A stretch of 33,758 bases of DNA from Bigelowiella natans CCMP2755 (Eukaryota; Protista; Cercozoa). A program made the position numbers and the translations under genes. Positions 1 to 11,299 of the stretch are shown in pieces. The notes under the pieces were generated by a model. The model ran no database searches and was not told where the DNA came from. It saw nothing but the letters and a program-made list of their open reading frames with translations. The DNA is taken from positions 1 to 33,758 of the forward strand of contig ADNK01003117.1 of NCBI GenBank assembly GCA_000320545.1, in the 5' to 3' direction. Each line of letters opens with the position of its first letter. The first letter of the stretch is position 1.

Positions 1-55
1 GCGAGTAGCTGGGGGACGATAAAAGGGACAAGGGAAAAAAACAAGTAAGCAAAGC

Positions 56-88
<33 letters not shown>

Positions 89-1480
89 TACCATCATCAT
101 CATCCAATGTACGACAGCATGACCCGCATGCATCGACGCAACTTCTACCAAAAAACTGAGGGGGCAAAGGATTCGCAATGTACGAGCAAGCTATCATCAT
201 CATAATCATCATCATCACCTTCGCGAGAGATTCGCCGGCAGCATATCCACCCATACATGCTCACTTTCGGAAAACTCCAGGTATATGCGCGTGCCGCTCC
301 AGTCTGCGACTAGTTCAGATCCGTTCTGAGCGACGGGAGGGAGGGGAGGGGGGGGGGGGGGGGGGGGTAATAAACAAACAGGAAGGGGTAACCCAATGAA
401 AGGGGGGAAATTAAATGGAATGGCCGTTGTTTTTGCTTAATAATTTCTCCCACCAATAAATTCCTGCCCTGGAGCTGCCCCCCTGGATGGGTTGGTCTCC
501 CAAACACCCCACGCTTATTCGGTGGCGGCAGTCGCGGAGCAGCCGCGTCGAGAAAGTCGGAGGGCAGATGTATACTGGGGGGGTGCTTTGGGATGTGCTC
601 CTGACCGTGATGCGTGCGATTCTGAGCCGGCGCTAAGAGGGAAAGGCGGGGGGGAGGGCAAGACCATAAAAAATATGCATGCTTTCAAGATTGGGAGGAT
701 AAGGGGGGGGGGGGTGAAAACGAAGATGGATATCATTACGCATGATGATGTAGTAGTAGTAATGAGGAGAAAAACGATGGCGAAAGCTGTAGCGATAGGG
801 GCAGTGAACCACACGTAGCGACTGTACATTACCGCTTACAAAGCGAACACTCACACATTTGACAAGCCGTTGCATAGAATCAAATACCTGAAAGAGATCC
901 TCCTCTGCCGGTCGTGTCGAACACGAACGCAGTCACAACCATCACCGTAATAACCGCAGATGCACAGAGAACCAGACCAGTCAAATCGATAGGAACTTAT
1001 TGTCCACAAACAACACGAACAACAACAGTTGGAAAGGAGATTCAGTACAATGAGCATCGTTTACAGTTAAGAACTACTAGTTTCAAACTCTTCGCAACAA
1101 GTACAATTTATCGTAAAATCCCCCCCCCAACCCCGACTGGCGGAGGACAATGGAAAACGGAAGATCTCTCACGTATTACGATTGTTTGTGTCGCTGCGTC
1201 TCCTCCATCGCTGGGCCTCAGATGAATCATCATTACCGAATCGACCGTTTTGTCTTCTCTCAAGGCCAATGTTCCCTGAAGCAGATGCAGGGTTGCTGTC
1301 GCTCTCCCAAACCATCTCGTCGACAGTGTCGTAGTACGCGCCTTCCGCGGGCCCTCTTCCCCCACCCTCCCTTGAGAAAGAGCCGTACATCTATATCCGA
1401 GTTACTTTGAAGGTTTTGGTTCAGTCCTATCTCTTTGAATATACCTGCATTTTGTCGGTAGCAGGAGGCCTCTTTATCAT
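1..1480 (-). CDS. 5' part of a type II membrane-anchored carbohydrate esterase family 2-like (CE2_N/SGNH) protein; continues beyond the left edge
   Basis: Phase-consistent GT-AG exons 1480-1445, 1390-1237 (or 1180), 995-888, 632-454, 325-265 and 8-1. They give a hydrophobic anchor (LTGLVLCASAVITVMVVTAFVF), a Pro-rich stem, then QLQGRNLLNGSELVADWSGTRIYLEFSE, matching the CE2 N-terminal pattern GR...DWSG..I...F. The catalytic domain is not in the window and the start codon is uncertain. Confidence 0.55.
56..104. repeat. (CAT)n microsatellite (intronic)
   Basis: Directly visible tandem CAT run. Confidence 0.9.
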
Positions 1481-2626
1481 GTGTTTCACACGCACGAAGA
1501 AACGTGCATGGAAAGCGAAATCCGGCATGCAGGGATAGATGATTACGCAAAAATAATTCACATAGATTGTATATTCCCTCTCACTTTAACCATTTCTTTT
1601 CCAATGTTTAGTCCGAGCAACACAAATACTTCTGTTACGCGTGCACACAGCGGCAAGGAACACTACTAGGAAAAGCCACCCCTCCTCTTCACACAGAGGC
1701 CCCAATATACGTTCTCCGACTCCTAGACCACACACAATATATACTCTCGCCGACTCCTACCTACCTGGCACGTTAGACTTTGGTAAGGAGCCTTCCCGAT
1801 TGTTGGGGAAAGGAGAACGGGCGTGAGACGACGGGTTCTCTTCGTATCCCCTTCTCCTCCTGTGAGATAACGTGTCGGCGACGTTGTGATAGCGCCACCA
1901 AACGCAGGGGGTTTACGCCGAAAACAAGAAAGGGCCGAATTGCTGAAAGTGAAGGGAGAACTGTGACATTTTTATTGTACGACCTTAATTTCTTTTGTTG
2001 TAAACAAATGGACATCTTAGGGCCCCACAAATAGGAGGTGCGACTGCAGACAAAGTGACTTTTAGAACTTGCGACAACAATTCCGGTGAACAAATGCGAA
2101 TCGAATTTATTGCATTAAATTGCATTGCTTTATTTGCCTTTTGAGTTCAAATCAGCATCCGAAGAATTAAAACCACCTACCTTTACGCAACTTCCCATTC
2201 AGATCTATTACGCTTCTCGCAAAAGAAAATCACCTTCAGGTAAGAAGTAAAATGCATGACAAAAAAGGTGTTTTTCACTGTAAATATTGTCCCAAAATCC
2301 AAAACCGATTAGGCTGCACAACATTTTTAAAAGAGGCAGAGTCTCACTACGGCCTCTTCCTCTCGCCGAAGAAGGAAAAGGAAGACGGAAGAGAAAGATG
2401 AAAACAGTGTATTGGATCAGGTAAAATCTAACAAAAAAACAATGTTATGAGAGAGGTCAGCTCAGCAAAACTCAAAGGGCACAGTTTTCCACAGCTCAGC
2501 AAAAGCATACATAACTCGAACCTCCAAGAAGCCTCTCCTTCCTGTTCATAACCCTCTTCGTCTGGAAAAATGAGGTGCCAAAAGACTCTCCGCAAATGCT
2601 CATTAGACTTTGACACTAACAAAATT

Positions 2627-3901
2627 ATGGATTCTGATTCTGATGTACCCAGTCTCGCTCTGAGCCAGCCTCTTCTCGCTCGCGGCTCCTCTGTGGATTG
2701 GAATGAATATCTCTCCTCTGGTAGTATAATGCAAGCTCAGGCGGACATGAGCACGAGTGTTCTTGGAGATTTTGAGAGTGTGTGTCGATTTCCGTTAGAG
2801 AAGGAATCGTCGAGTACACTGGATTTGATCCTGGCAGGGAACAGGCTTGCTGGAAAGCGGTATGTGCCTACATTGCGGCTCAAGCAAATGCTGGATGGCT
2901 CAGCTTTTACACTGATGTCCGATGAAAATTCTTTGCCCTACATGCTAGACAAAGTTGGTGATGGTAACTCAGGATTTCAGATGTTCGGCAGGGAAAGTAG
3001 TTCTCCCCAGCACTCGTTTATTGAAGGTTCCCCTATCTTGTCTGATGGATTCTCACTTCATGCGTCAAAGGAATACGAAGAAGCTCCACAGAGTAATGCT
3101 GTCATTGCTAATAACAACTCAATTGGGGAAAATTCATGTGTTGGATCTATTGAAAATCATTCCTTATCCTCAGCCCTTTCAGATGAAGATAGTTCTGTAT
3201 CGACCGCGAGTGAATTAGACGAATGGAAACAAGTGGAAGGATCTGATAGCGAAATCGAAGACAATGGTATTTGCCATCGCAAGATATCTAAAGCTCAAAT
3301 TTTACCAAAGCATGGGCAAGACATTAAAATTAGAAAAGACTTTGAAGGTCTCGAAGGTCCACTACCGAATATCGTTCCTCGACTACGAAAGCGAAATAGG
3401 GCGGATAATAATGCGTCTTTACTGAAAAAGAGAAATATCTGTAAGGTTCTCCCTGTAAAAAAACAGAATGCGGCTTGCTCAAATTGCAGGATCTCCAAAG
3501 TCAAATGCGACAGAGCTCGACCATGCGGGCGCTGTGTCAGGGAAGGACGCCCTGAATCATGCTGTGAATCTTCAAATTATAAAAAAATGATGGCTATTAA
3601 GAACGTGAAAAAGGTGTCTGTCAGAGACGCAGCAGACGTGTTCGCACAAGAACTTGTACATGACTATTTATCCTTCAAGAATCTTAGCGAAGCCGATTTC
3701 ATCAAAAAGATTCAACGAGGAGAAACAGACAATCCCCATGTGCATAGGCTCGAGAAATGGACTACTCAACCTATTAAGCGTGGAAAGAGCACGTTCAAAG
3801 CACTGACGGATGAGCACTCTCGTTACAAAGGCATCAAGTGTTATCGCAATGAAGGCTGCTTGAGGCCCTTCAAGCACAGTGGCCACTGCAAATTTGTTTA
3901 G
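2627..3901 (+). CDS. Zn(II)2Cys6 (GAL4-type binuclear cluster) transcription factor, single exon, with a C-terminal C-x5-C-x5-H-x3-C motif
   Basis: Long ORF 2570-3901 (ATGs at 2570 and 2627). At 3476-3562, CSNCRISKVKCDRARPCGRCVREGRPESC fits C-x2-C-x6-C-x5-C-x2-C-x8-C, preceded by basic NLS-like segments. The N-terminus is acidic and Ser-rich. The C-terminus is CYRNEGCLRPFKHSGHC. Confidence 0.88.
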   Translation: MDSDSDVPSLALSQPLLARGSSVDWNEYLSSGSIMQAQADMSTSVLGDFESVCRFPLEKESSSTLDLILAGNRLAGKRYVPTLRLKQMLDGSAFTLMSDENSLPYMLDKVGDGNSGFQMFGRESSSPQHSFIEGSPILSDGFSLHASKEYEEAPQSNAVIANNNSIGENSCVGSIENHSLSSALSDEDSSVSTASELDEWKQVEGSDSEIEDNGICHRKISKAQILPKHGQDIKIRKDFEGLEGPLPNIVPRLRKRNRADNNASLLKKRNICKVLPVKKQNAACSNCRISKVKCDRARPCGRCVREGRPESCCESSNYKKMMAIKNVKKVSVRDAADVFAQELVHDYLSFKNLSEADFIKKIQRGETDNPHVHRLEKWTTQPIKRGKSTFKALTDEHSRYKGIKCYRNEGCLRPFKHSGHCKFV

Positions 3902-4892
3902 GTTGTATGTGTGTACATACATGAGGCGCTTAATGCATGTGTCTCTTTACAAAATTTAACAATAAATGAAATTAATTATTTAAATGCGAATCCCAAAACG
4001 ATTTTTCACATGCCTTAATCATTACTTGCATGCAAATACGCCATGCCGTGCAGGCTATGTACATGCAACGCTAGAACGCCGCACACATGTACATGTATTA
4101 TTCGTGCTACTTCTTAATTGCATATGGCGTGACGTCTCACTTTGTTTTTTGTGATCGAATTACCATGCATGTGTCCTCCGCATGTAGACTAGTAAAGTGC
4201 GCGCATGTAGCGCATTGCGGCAATATGATTAGCATGGCATTGCTAGATTGCACTAACAGTCCATCACATCATATAGGGAGCTAGCTAGACACAAAGTTTA
4301 TTATTTGGCTGCTGCGCCGCTAGTTAGTGCGACATGTAGTTGCTATGCTAGCATTCTTCCAAGCACCATAATACTTGTAACATGGCGTATTGTTAAGCTG
4401 TTTATAAATCCTTTAATCCTCACGGGCAACGTACCGTGCACAATACATCGATAAATTTGCTAAAGCCGGCGAAAATGTTGCATTTGCCGCTCACACATGC
4501 ATCATTTATGAAATAGGCTGCTAAAGTAAGCTGCATGGCGATAGACCACACTTTATCGTCGCTCTAAAAGCAAGCGCTTTCAAGTGTAAGCAGCCGTTTG
4601 ACACGTTTTCGCTTTAGACGACTCTCAACTGTGATAATAACTAGCCACCGCACAGACTTATTACCTATGATTATGAACATGTAACAGTGTGTTAATTTAT
4701 AATGACACCTTTATTTTGACATAAGATAGAATGGTGACTTTACGATCGCTTTCGAACGAAAAAACATTGTGCAACATATAAGTCCTCTCTCCCCTCCCTT
4801 CCCCTCTCCCTTTCTTCCCCCCGCTCTTAATCAATAGAGAGTGTATCACATCCTCTCTCCTTTCTTCCTCTTAATCAAACATTTTAATTCAT

Positions 4893-5982
4893 TTACAGGA
4901 GTACCGAGCTATATTCTGTGGCGTTCTCGCCTGCATCAGTGTAAAGCCATCGCCACCTGAGTAAGAATCAATTATTCGAGGTAAGGCACAGTGAGCAGGA
5001 GTATACAAGGTGACAGAGCTTGCTTTCTCTTCCCCCCCCCCCCCCCCCTCCTCTCCATTTATCAAATAAATGCAGTTTTGTAAACAACAAAATGTTGCTG
5101 CCATACCCAGCATCGGAGGAGACTGGAAATGCAGACAAAGCTGAAGGACGGTCTGCCGTAGCCGCAATTCTACCGCTTGAAGACGAAGAACCAGCGTAGT
5201 GAAGCGAAGATATATCACTAGAATCCGCGCCCCTATCCCCCCCCTCGGCTGCACGCGCCTTAATGATCTCTGCCGAAACTTCGTGCGCTGTTAGAACAAG
5301 CTCTAGGACCTGTCAGAAGGGGGAGGGGAAATACGGGTTACCAGCTCAAAGAATACCCACAAGCATAAGCTTCAATTTTATAGAGATAGTTTCAAACGCT
5401 GAGCGGACTGCAAGTTGCTCGCTCATCATTTCAGATCACGCCATTCCCGTGGGACTTCGATGTAATGTTCGTCCTTCATATCTTGTGCGGTTGTCGGTGT
5501 TGTACCTCGCCCATCATGATCAGGTTTTCCTGTGGTTGAAACTCAGGCCACACCTGCATGTACGCAGACACAGGTGAGAGAGAGGCGATGGCGAACGAAG
5601 AGGATGCCGAAGGCGACGGTGTTGATTATGGTAACGAGCATACCATTTTGGAGGAGCGAGGGAGGGGGGGGGGGGCGAACGTGTGCATCTTAAAATCGTT
5701 AGGAATTTTCTCCTCTACCATCATGTATGATCAATATCATCATATCATCATCATCATCATCCTCGTTCTCGCTGTCACCATTGGCATCATCATCCTCGCC
5801 TGCTAGGAGTTGTGGTACTACCTTGGTGTCATAATGCACGCTGGGATTCGTGTTGACCTCAAGCACCCTCATCGTCATATCGTCCATAACGGCCACGTCG
5901 ACTCCTGATCATCATCATCCTCCTTATCATCATTGTAATCATTGCTTTCCTTCATCGTTACCTTTCCAATCCTTTTTCATCT

Positions 5983-6029
<47 letters not shown>

Positions 6030-6383
6030 GGTCTTCCTGTGCCCTGATACGCATCGTTTTAAGCGCACAAATGCGCGTGGGGCGCACTCGTTGAAACGCA
6101 GGCTCCGCAACTCACCCAACCACGGTAACACAACACAAACTCAACCACAACAACCACCCACCCCCCCAAACGCTACGCAACGACGAGAAGCGCATCATCA
6201 TCATCATCATCGTCATCATCATCATTATCATCATCATCAAACAGTAGTAACCGAGTAAGCTCCAATAGCCGTTCGCCCTTCTGATCTTGTCCTATTCGAA
6301 ACAGCAATGATTCGACGACGTAACATAAAGAAACGCCGCAGCTGGGAGATCGCATCTGCCTTCCCCACATACTAATACATAGA

Positions 6384-6414
<31 letters not shown>

Positions 6415-7305
6415 CTAACAGAAGAATGCATGCGCACAGCAGATAAGCCATTGCCCAGTCCCCCCTACCTTGGCGCTTAGGAACACCGTGAGAAACAGTC
6501 TTTGGAGCTCCTCCTCTACGTACAAACGGATATCGTTCGAGGATGCTCTTTGAAGTCCTGGCACCTTCTCATGAATGCCGGCAGCTTCTCTAAAGAGGAG
6601 GAGGAGGAGGAGGATGAGGAGGATGAGGAGGAGGAGGAGGAGGAGGAGAATAACGAAGAGGGGGAGAGGCAAAGGTTGTTGATGGAGGCCAGAAATTAGT
6701 TAAGTTAACCAATCAATCAATCAATTAACAACATCGACTTGAACATATTGCCGGCCTCAAATTGCTCTTTCAAGATAGATACGAACAGCAGCCGATAGCA
6801 GTAGCAGCGATGTTACTACATGTATTTCGTGAATTCCTCGAAGCTCCAAAGATGGCTGCGACAACATTAATATCAACATTATGAGGATAAAACAATTGTG
6901 TCTCTCTCCAATTTTTCTCCTCCCCCCCCCCCCCCCCCTGGGGCCGAAAGCCCTACTCAGGGGATATCGAAGTTGTCGTCCTCCAAACCATCCCAGTAAT
7001 CATTGCACACATGAGCCTAAAAACGTATGGGGAGGAAGGAGGAGTGCAGTAAGAATTCAAACATCTCATGATTCATGACGATTTTCGTAAAATCCCGACA
7101 GAGGCGTCGGTCTCTAGAGCGGCTCTCCTTCTCATGCAGTGGAGTCAAACTGTGAACACGACGTTATGTCGTTCGTTAAGCACTGTGAGAGCTGTGTGTG
7201 CGAGTCTGTGCTGATGTGCTGTATGCACCTTCTTGTGCTCAGACTCAATGCCGTACGGCAGGAGGCATCGTCGAATATGTCCGATCCTGACAGCGAGAGG
7301 AATCA

Positions 7306-7372
<67 letters not shown>

Positions 7373-7464
7373 CTTATTTTGCGGTATGAAATGCTTTGTG
7401 GTAAACTACCGGCTCAGATCCAACCATATACAACATACACAAGATATCACACACGCACACACAC

Positions 7465-7502
<38 letters not shown>

Positions 7503-8172
7503 GCGCACGCGCGCATACCGTGAGAACACGAAGAATGGGTACGTATTCGCGATGAGAATGTAAGCGCGAATGTCGAACTTCGACCCTCCAATCAGCAAAG
7601 GCGGGTGAACGGCAGCCTACACGCCAATCATCCGGCCTCAGAGAAAAACAGCGACAACGCTCCATGTGCATAGAGGACTGCACCCGTTTGAATTTAAAAC
7701 GCGCAGCAGCAGCAGCGAGTGGACGTGGGAGAGGTGAAAGGGATGAGCTATGATATCCACGCTAAGAAAAAAGGTAAGAAGCAGAGCTAGGACTGTGTGC
7801 AGCCCAACCCTTGCTTTGCCTCACTTCTCACCTGCACAACTGATTTGAGCTTCTGCGTCTTGAACTTTCTGCTGAGCTCCTCGCAGGCCTCCTTCGCAAC
7901 GATGGTGGCAGAAGGAAGGGCAAAAGGAGGCAGGTGTGTGGAGCATGAATACTGGCGACAGAGTGGTGGGTGGAGAGACTCGAATTGTCATTACTACCTT
8001 GAGATTTTGACCGACGGCACCATGGCTATCTTCAACTTCTTCTCTGGTTGAGATAGGAATTCGCATATGACTGCGTAGCTTTTCTTTGCTTACCAGGCGG
8101 ATACCTAGTGGTAAGCACACACCAAGGAGCAACGAACGAACAACGAAGAATTTTTACTACTGAAAGCAAATC

Positions 8173-8207
<35 letters not shown>

Positions 8208-8655
8208 GCAAGACCACAAGGCAAACATAGCTATTTATCGAACCCGATGATTCATGTCTACTTTCATAGGTTAGATGCAGCATTTAATTATGATAAATCA
8301 TCAGAGGTCTCGGGACATTGCACGCTCCGGCTATGTACTGCCTATCTAAACAGCGCAGGGACGACAACATGTTGTATTGCCTCCGATAATATACGGCGAA
8401 ATGAATGTGTATATCCGCATCGACAGACTGTGTTGTTGGCCCCTTTTTTTTCCATTTTTTTTTTCCATGTTGTGTGTTGTGGTGTGTTAATGGTATATTG
8501 CTGCCTCTTCCGAAGGAGCTCGATGGAGGCTTCCAAAACCATCGAATCGTCGTGTTATCCCCTATGGATCAATCAAAGGCTACGTTATATACACTTGATG
8601 GACAATGGTATAGGTCGCGTTCGCGTCTGATGCATTATATCTATATCTATATATG

Positions 8656-8689
<34 letters not shown>

Positions 8690-8691
8690 CT

Positions 8692-8730
<39 letters not shown>

Positions 8731-9916
8731 GTGTATATTTCTTCCCCTCAGTGGATTTTATTAATTATCATGAAAACAGGCTAGCGAGGCAAGAGGAAAC
8801 TGCCTCGCAGCTGAACGTTCTCTCTACATCCTTCTTTCTAGATGATAATTCTACGGCTTCTGAATCGAAAAACATAGAGTCAAAGTTTAGAAGATTCCAG
8901 TACTATAGATAGAGCCTGTGTCTGTGCTGGGGTGAAAGAACGACTGGCAGTCAATCGGCTCATTGAGTATGTACGAGTCTGGGTGAACGCGCCGAATGTC
9001 GCAGCCGTCATGTCGCGAAGCGAAATCTCTTAGGTTTTTCAACAGGGGCTCCTTGCTCCATATCGCGTACTCTCCTGGAATTCGGTTCACGATGTTCTGT
9101 TTTACAAGCATCCGTTATCAATCTTCAAAGGCAGGTGGCGGCGGGCAGGTGTTACGCAGTTAGTTGGCCAAGGCAGTGTTTTGATGTGATTCACAACGCC
9201 AGTCTGTATGAGCGGCTATTAATATGTGACTGCAGGTCTATCACTGCTCGTTTTGGTTGATTTCCCCTCTAGCCATCCCCACTACCCTTCCTCACCTGTC
9301 CTGGTAAGAAGTACTTGAAGTCTGACGTGATCTTTGGGACCACCCGGGATGAGAAGTGCAGGAGGATTCCTGGCTCCTCTTGCCGCCTTGCTCGAAGCCA
9401 CCCGTTCGCTAAGAGGGAGAGGAGGGTAAGGCTGAGGGGAGAGAAAGAACATGTAAGGGAAACGGAAAGGAAGTGTGATGAGAATGTACAGATAAGAATG
9501 CGCTCGTAGAAGTAGTGGCCTTCTCCGTTCGTCTTCCCCTGAACCCAGAAGAGTTTTTCCCCACTCTTCTTTCCGATCTGAATGGATTTCCACTTGAAGC
9601 TTCCGAGTGGACCCTCCTCTGAACCGTTCGCATTATCGATGGGCGTTTTCCCGATTGCTTCATTGTTGTTAGCCACTACAGGCGAATTGGCCTGTTCTAT
9701 GGCAACGAACAAAGTCTTAGCTAGGAGCATGAGAATAACGCCCAGTATGAAGGAGGGCGCGTGTATCGTTGACCGCGCTGTGGACGAAACTTTCGACTCA
9801 GCAGACAAAGCCGAGGGAAGTGATTTGCTCGCCTTTCGTTTGGAGTGCTTTTCTGTAGCATCGTGCTCGTCGTACTGTCGGCGCGGCTGCTGCGATCGAT
9901 GGTGTCGAAACCGCAT
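4893..9916 (-). CDS. Tubulin-tyrosine ligase-like (TTL/TTLL ATP-grasp) protein with an N-terminal transmembrane anchor; 16 exons, about 590 aa; one apparent 1-nt frameshift
   Basis: Exons 9916-9490, 9408-9296, 9096-8904, 8561-8505, 8104-7998, 7891-7832, 7616-7519, 7286-7229, 7016-6957, 6855-6820, 6589-6469, 6291-6252, 5904-5822, 5553-5506, 5309-5107, 4956-4893. TTL motifs occur in order: QNIVNRIPG, WFWKPPSSSFGRGI, VVQ, PLLIGGSKFDIRAYILI, GHIRRC, HVCN, LLGVD, LEVNTNPS. All phases agree except exon 9. Confidence 0.88.
5983..6028. repeat. (CT)n microsatellite (TTL-like gene intron)
   Basis: Directly visible. Confidence 0.9.
6595..6648. repeat. (GAG)n microsatellite forming the polypyrimidine tract of a minus-strand acceptor
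   Basis: Directly visible; abuts the acceptor at 6590-6591. Confidence 0.9.
7310..7512. repeat. Compound (TG)n(AG)n ... (CA)n microsatellites in one intron
   Basis: (TG)n 7310-7338, (AG)n 7339-7370, (CA)n about 7448-7512. Confidence 0.9.
8636..8730. repeat. Imperfect (TA)n microsatellite
   Basis: Directly visible. Confidence 0.9.
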
Positions 9917-11299
9917 TTTGGCAGTGGCCGCAGGGAGAATCGCACTTTCCCAAGGACCTGTCAGAAAGGGGGTCCCCAGCCCGTATGCTCACGTTCACAG
10001 TGTTTCGTATGTTTGCGCTTACTCCAACAAAGTTTTGGGCCGACAGGTTCCTGAGAGCGCCACCAAGCTCCGAATTGGCTGCGTTGCGAATCCTCGTTCA
10101 AATCGTTCAAAAACCTGACGCGCTGGAAATGGTGCCAGCCAGCCGATTTTTAACGAAAAAATATCGGTTTCTCAGGGTTTTGCACGATCACAAAGAAACA
10201 GCCTACTGATTGGAAAAACGACAAAGAAGACAAGGCCTCAATGAGAATCATCCACAAATAGTTCAGAGACCAAAAAATATCCATTTTGTGGACAGTTTCC
10301 GATGTTATCACCTAAGCCTGTGTTTTGATCAAGAGATGGACATGTAATAGTCAAAGGTTTCAGACGAAGTATTCTTGTCGCATATGATTTTCCAAGGACA
10401 CTGCACTGATGTCGCGTGTTATTTCTGGGAACACTTCTGATGTCAAGAGATGCCACTTTGCCCATTTCACACCATGGAATATCTTTCCAATTGGACAGTG
10501 CGACTGCAAGAATTGCATTGTCGCAGAGTCTAAAAACATTGTGATGGGCCAGTTCAAGGGGATTCACCGGCACCTCAAAAAGGTTTTTCCCTACATACAG
10601 CCCTCACTTCTGTATTTGCGAGGGTGGCGTCGCAAATGGTCAGCCCTTTCTCCAGAAAAGGGGTACTTATCAAGCAATTTTTCTCAGGATAACACGTAAA
10701 TTCCAAAAAAAGGAACGGCGGCGCGAGGGGTTGGTCGAGGGATTTCTTCGCTTATTCCCATGTGTCCATCAAATTTAGGCCTGTCATCTGTCAATCAAAC
10801 GTAGACCTCACCTCCAAAACCTGCCCTTTTGTACCTGGATCGCCAAGGTCGAGGACAAACGGGCTGGGCTTCCCCGCGTTCCCCTAGGCGACGTTCCACC
10901 ACGCAGGAGAGACGGCGTTCTTTGTTTGAGCGCTTGCAAAAGTTCGAAATCGGGTGACTGAACACGCTTGAGACACCAGGAGACAGGTGCGACATTGCGT
11001 GAAACAGCTCCGGTTGCAGCTCTTCTACCCCTTCGATTTTCGAAAACGCAGGGCATTTTTGCTACTCAGGGGGGGGGCGCGCGCTCAAAAGGTCCACGCC
11101 GAATATTCCAGTTGTGGGTTGGTACTCCAGCGGGGCGAGCCAGTCTGTTGGATCCAATACTCGGCTTTTCCGGCAGGGCTTCCGTCCCCCCCACTTGTCC
11201 GTGTAACATGCTATTGCTTGTTCTTTGGGCTGCCTTCGTTTTGTTTGGGCTGACATTGCATTTGTTGTTTTCATTGGATTACAGCGTGGAGGCCTCTAA

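Noticed and set aside
6957-6959. TGA as selenocysteine or readthrough
   Set aside because: Readthrough alone does not fix the phase mismatch with the next exon, and I saw no SECIS evidence.
7139-7683. ORFs with CVCVCV, HTHTHT and ERERER runs
   Set aside because: Translations of dinucleotide microsatellites; only the KFDIR exon (7616-7519) and exon 7286-7229 are coding.
9953-9966. 14-nt match AGGACCTGTCAGAA shared with about 5305-5318
   Set aside because: Both look like minus-strand acceptors (ttctgacag|gtcct). Splice-site similarity or a 5' UTR intron explains it better than a mobile repeat.
9582-10118. 178-aa plus-strand ORF
   Set aside because: Antisense to TTL-like exon 1; no independent signal.
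10238-11290. Several 65-111 aa ORFs between the TTL-like and TALE genes
   Set aside because: No motifs and no consistent exon chain; probably promoter or UTR, though extra TALE 5' exons cannot be excluded.
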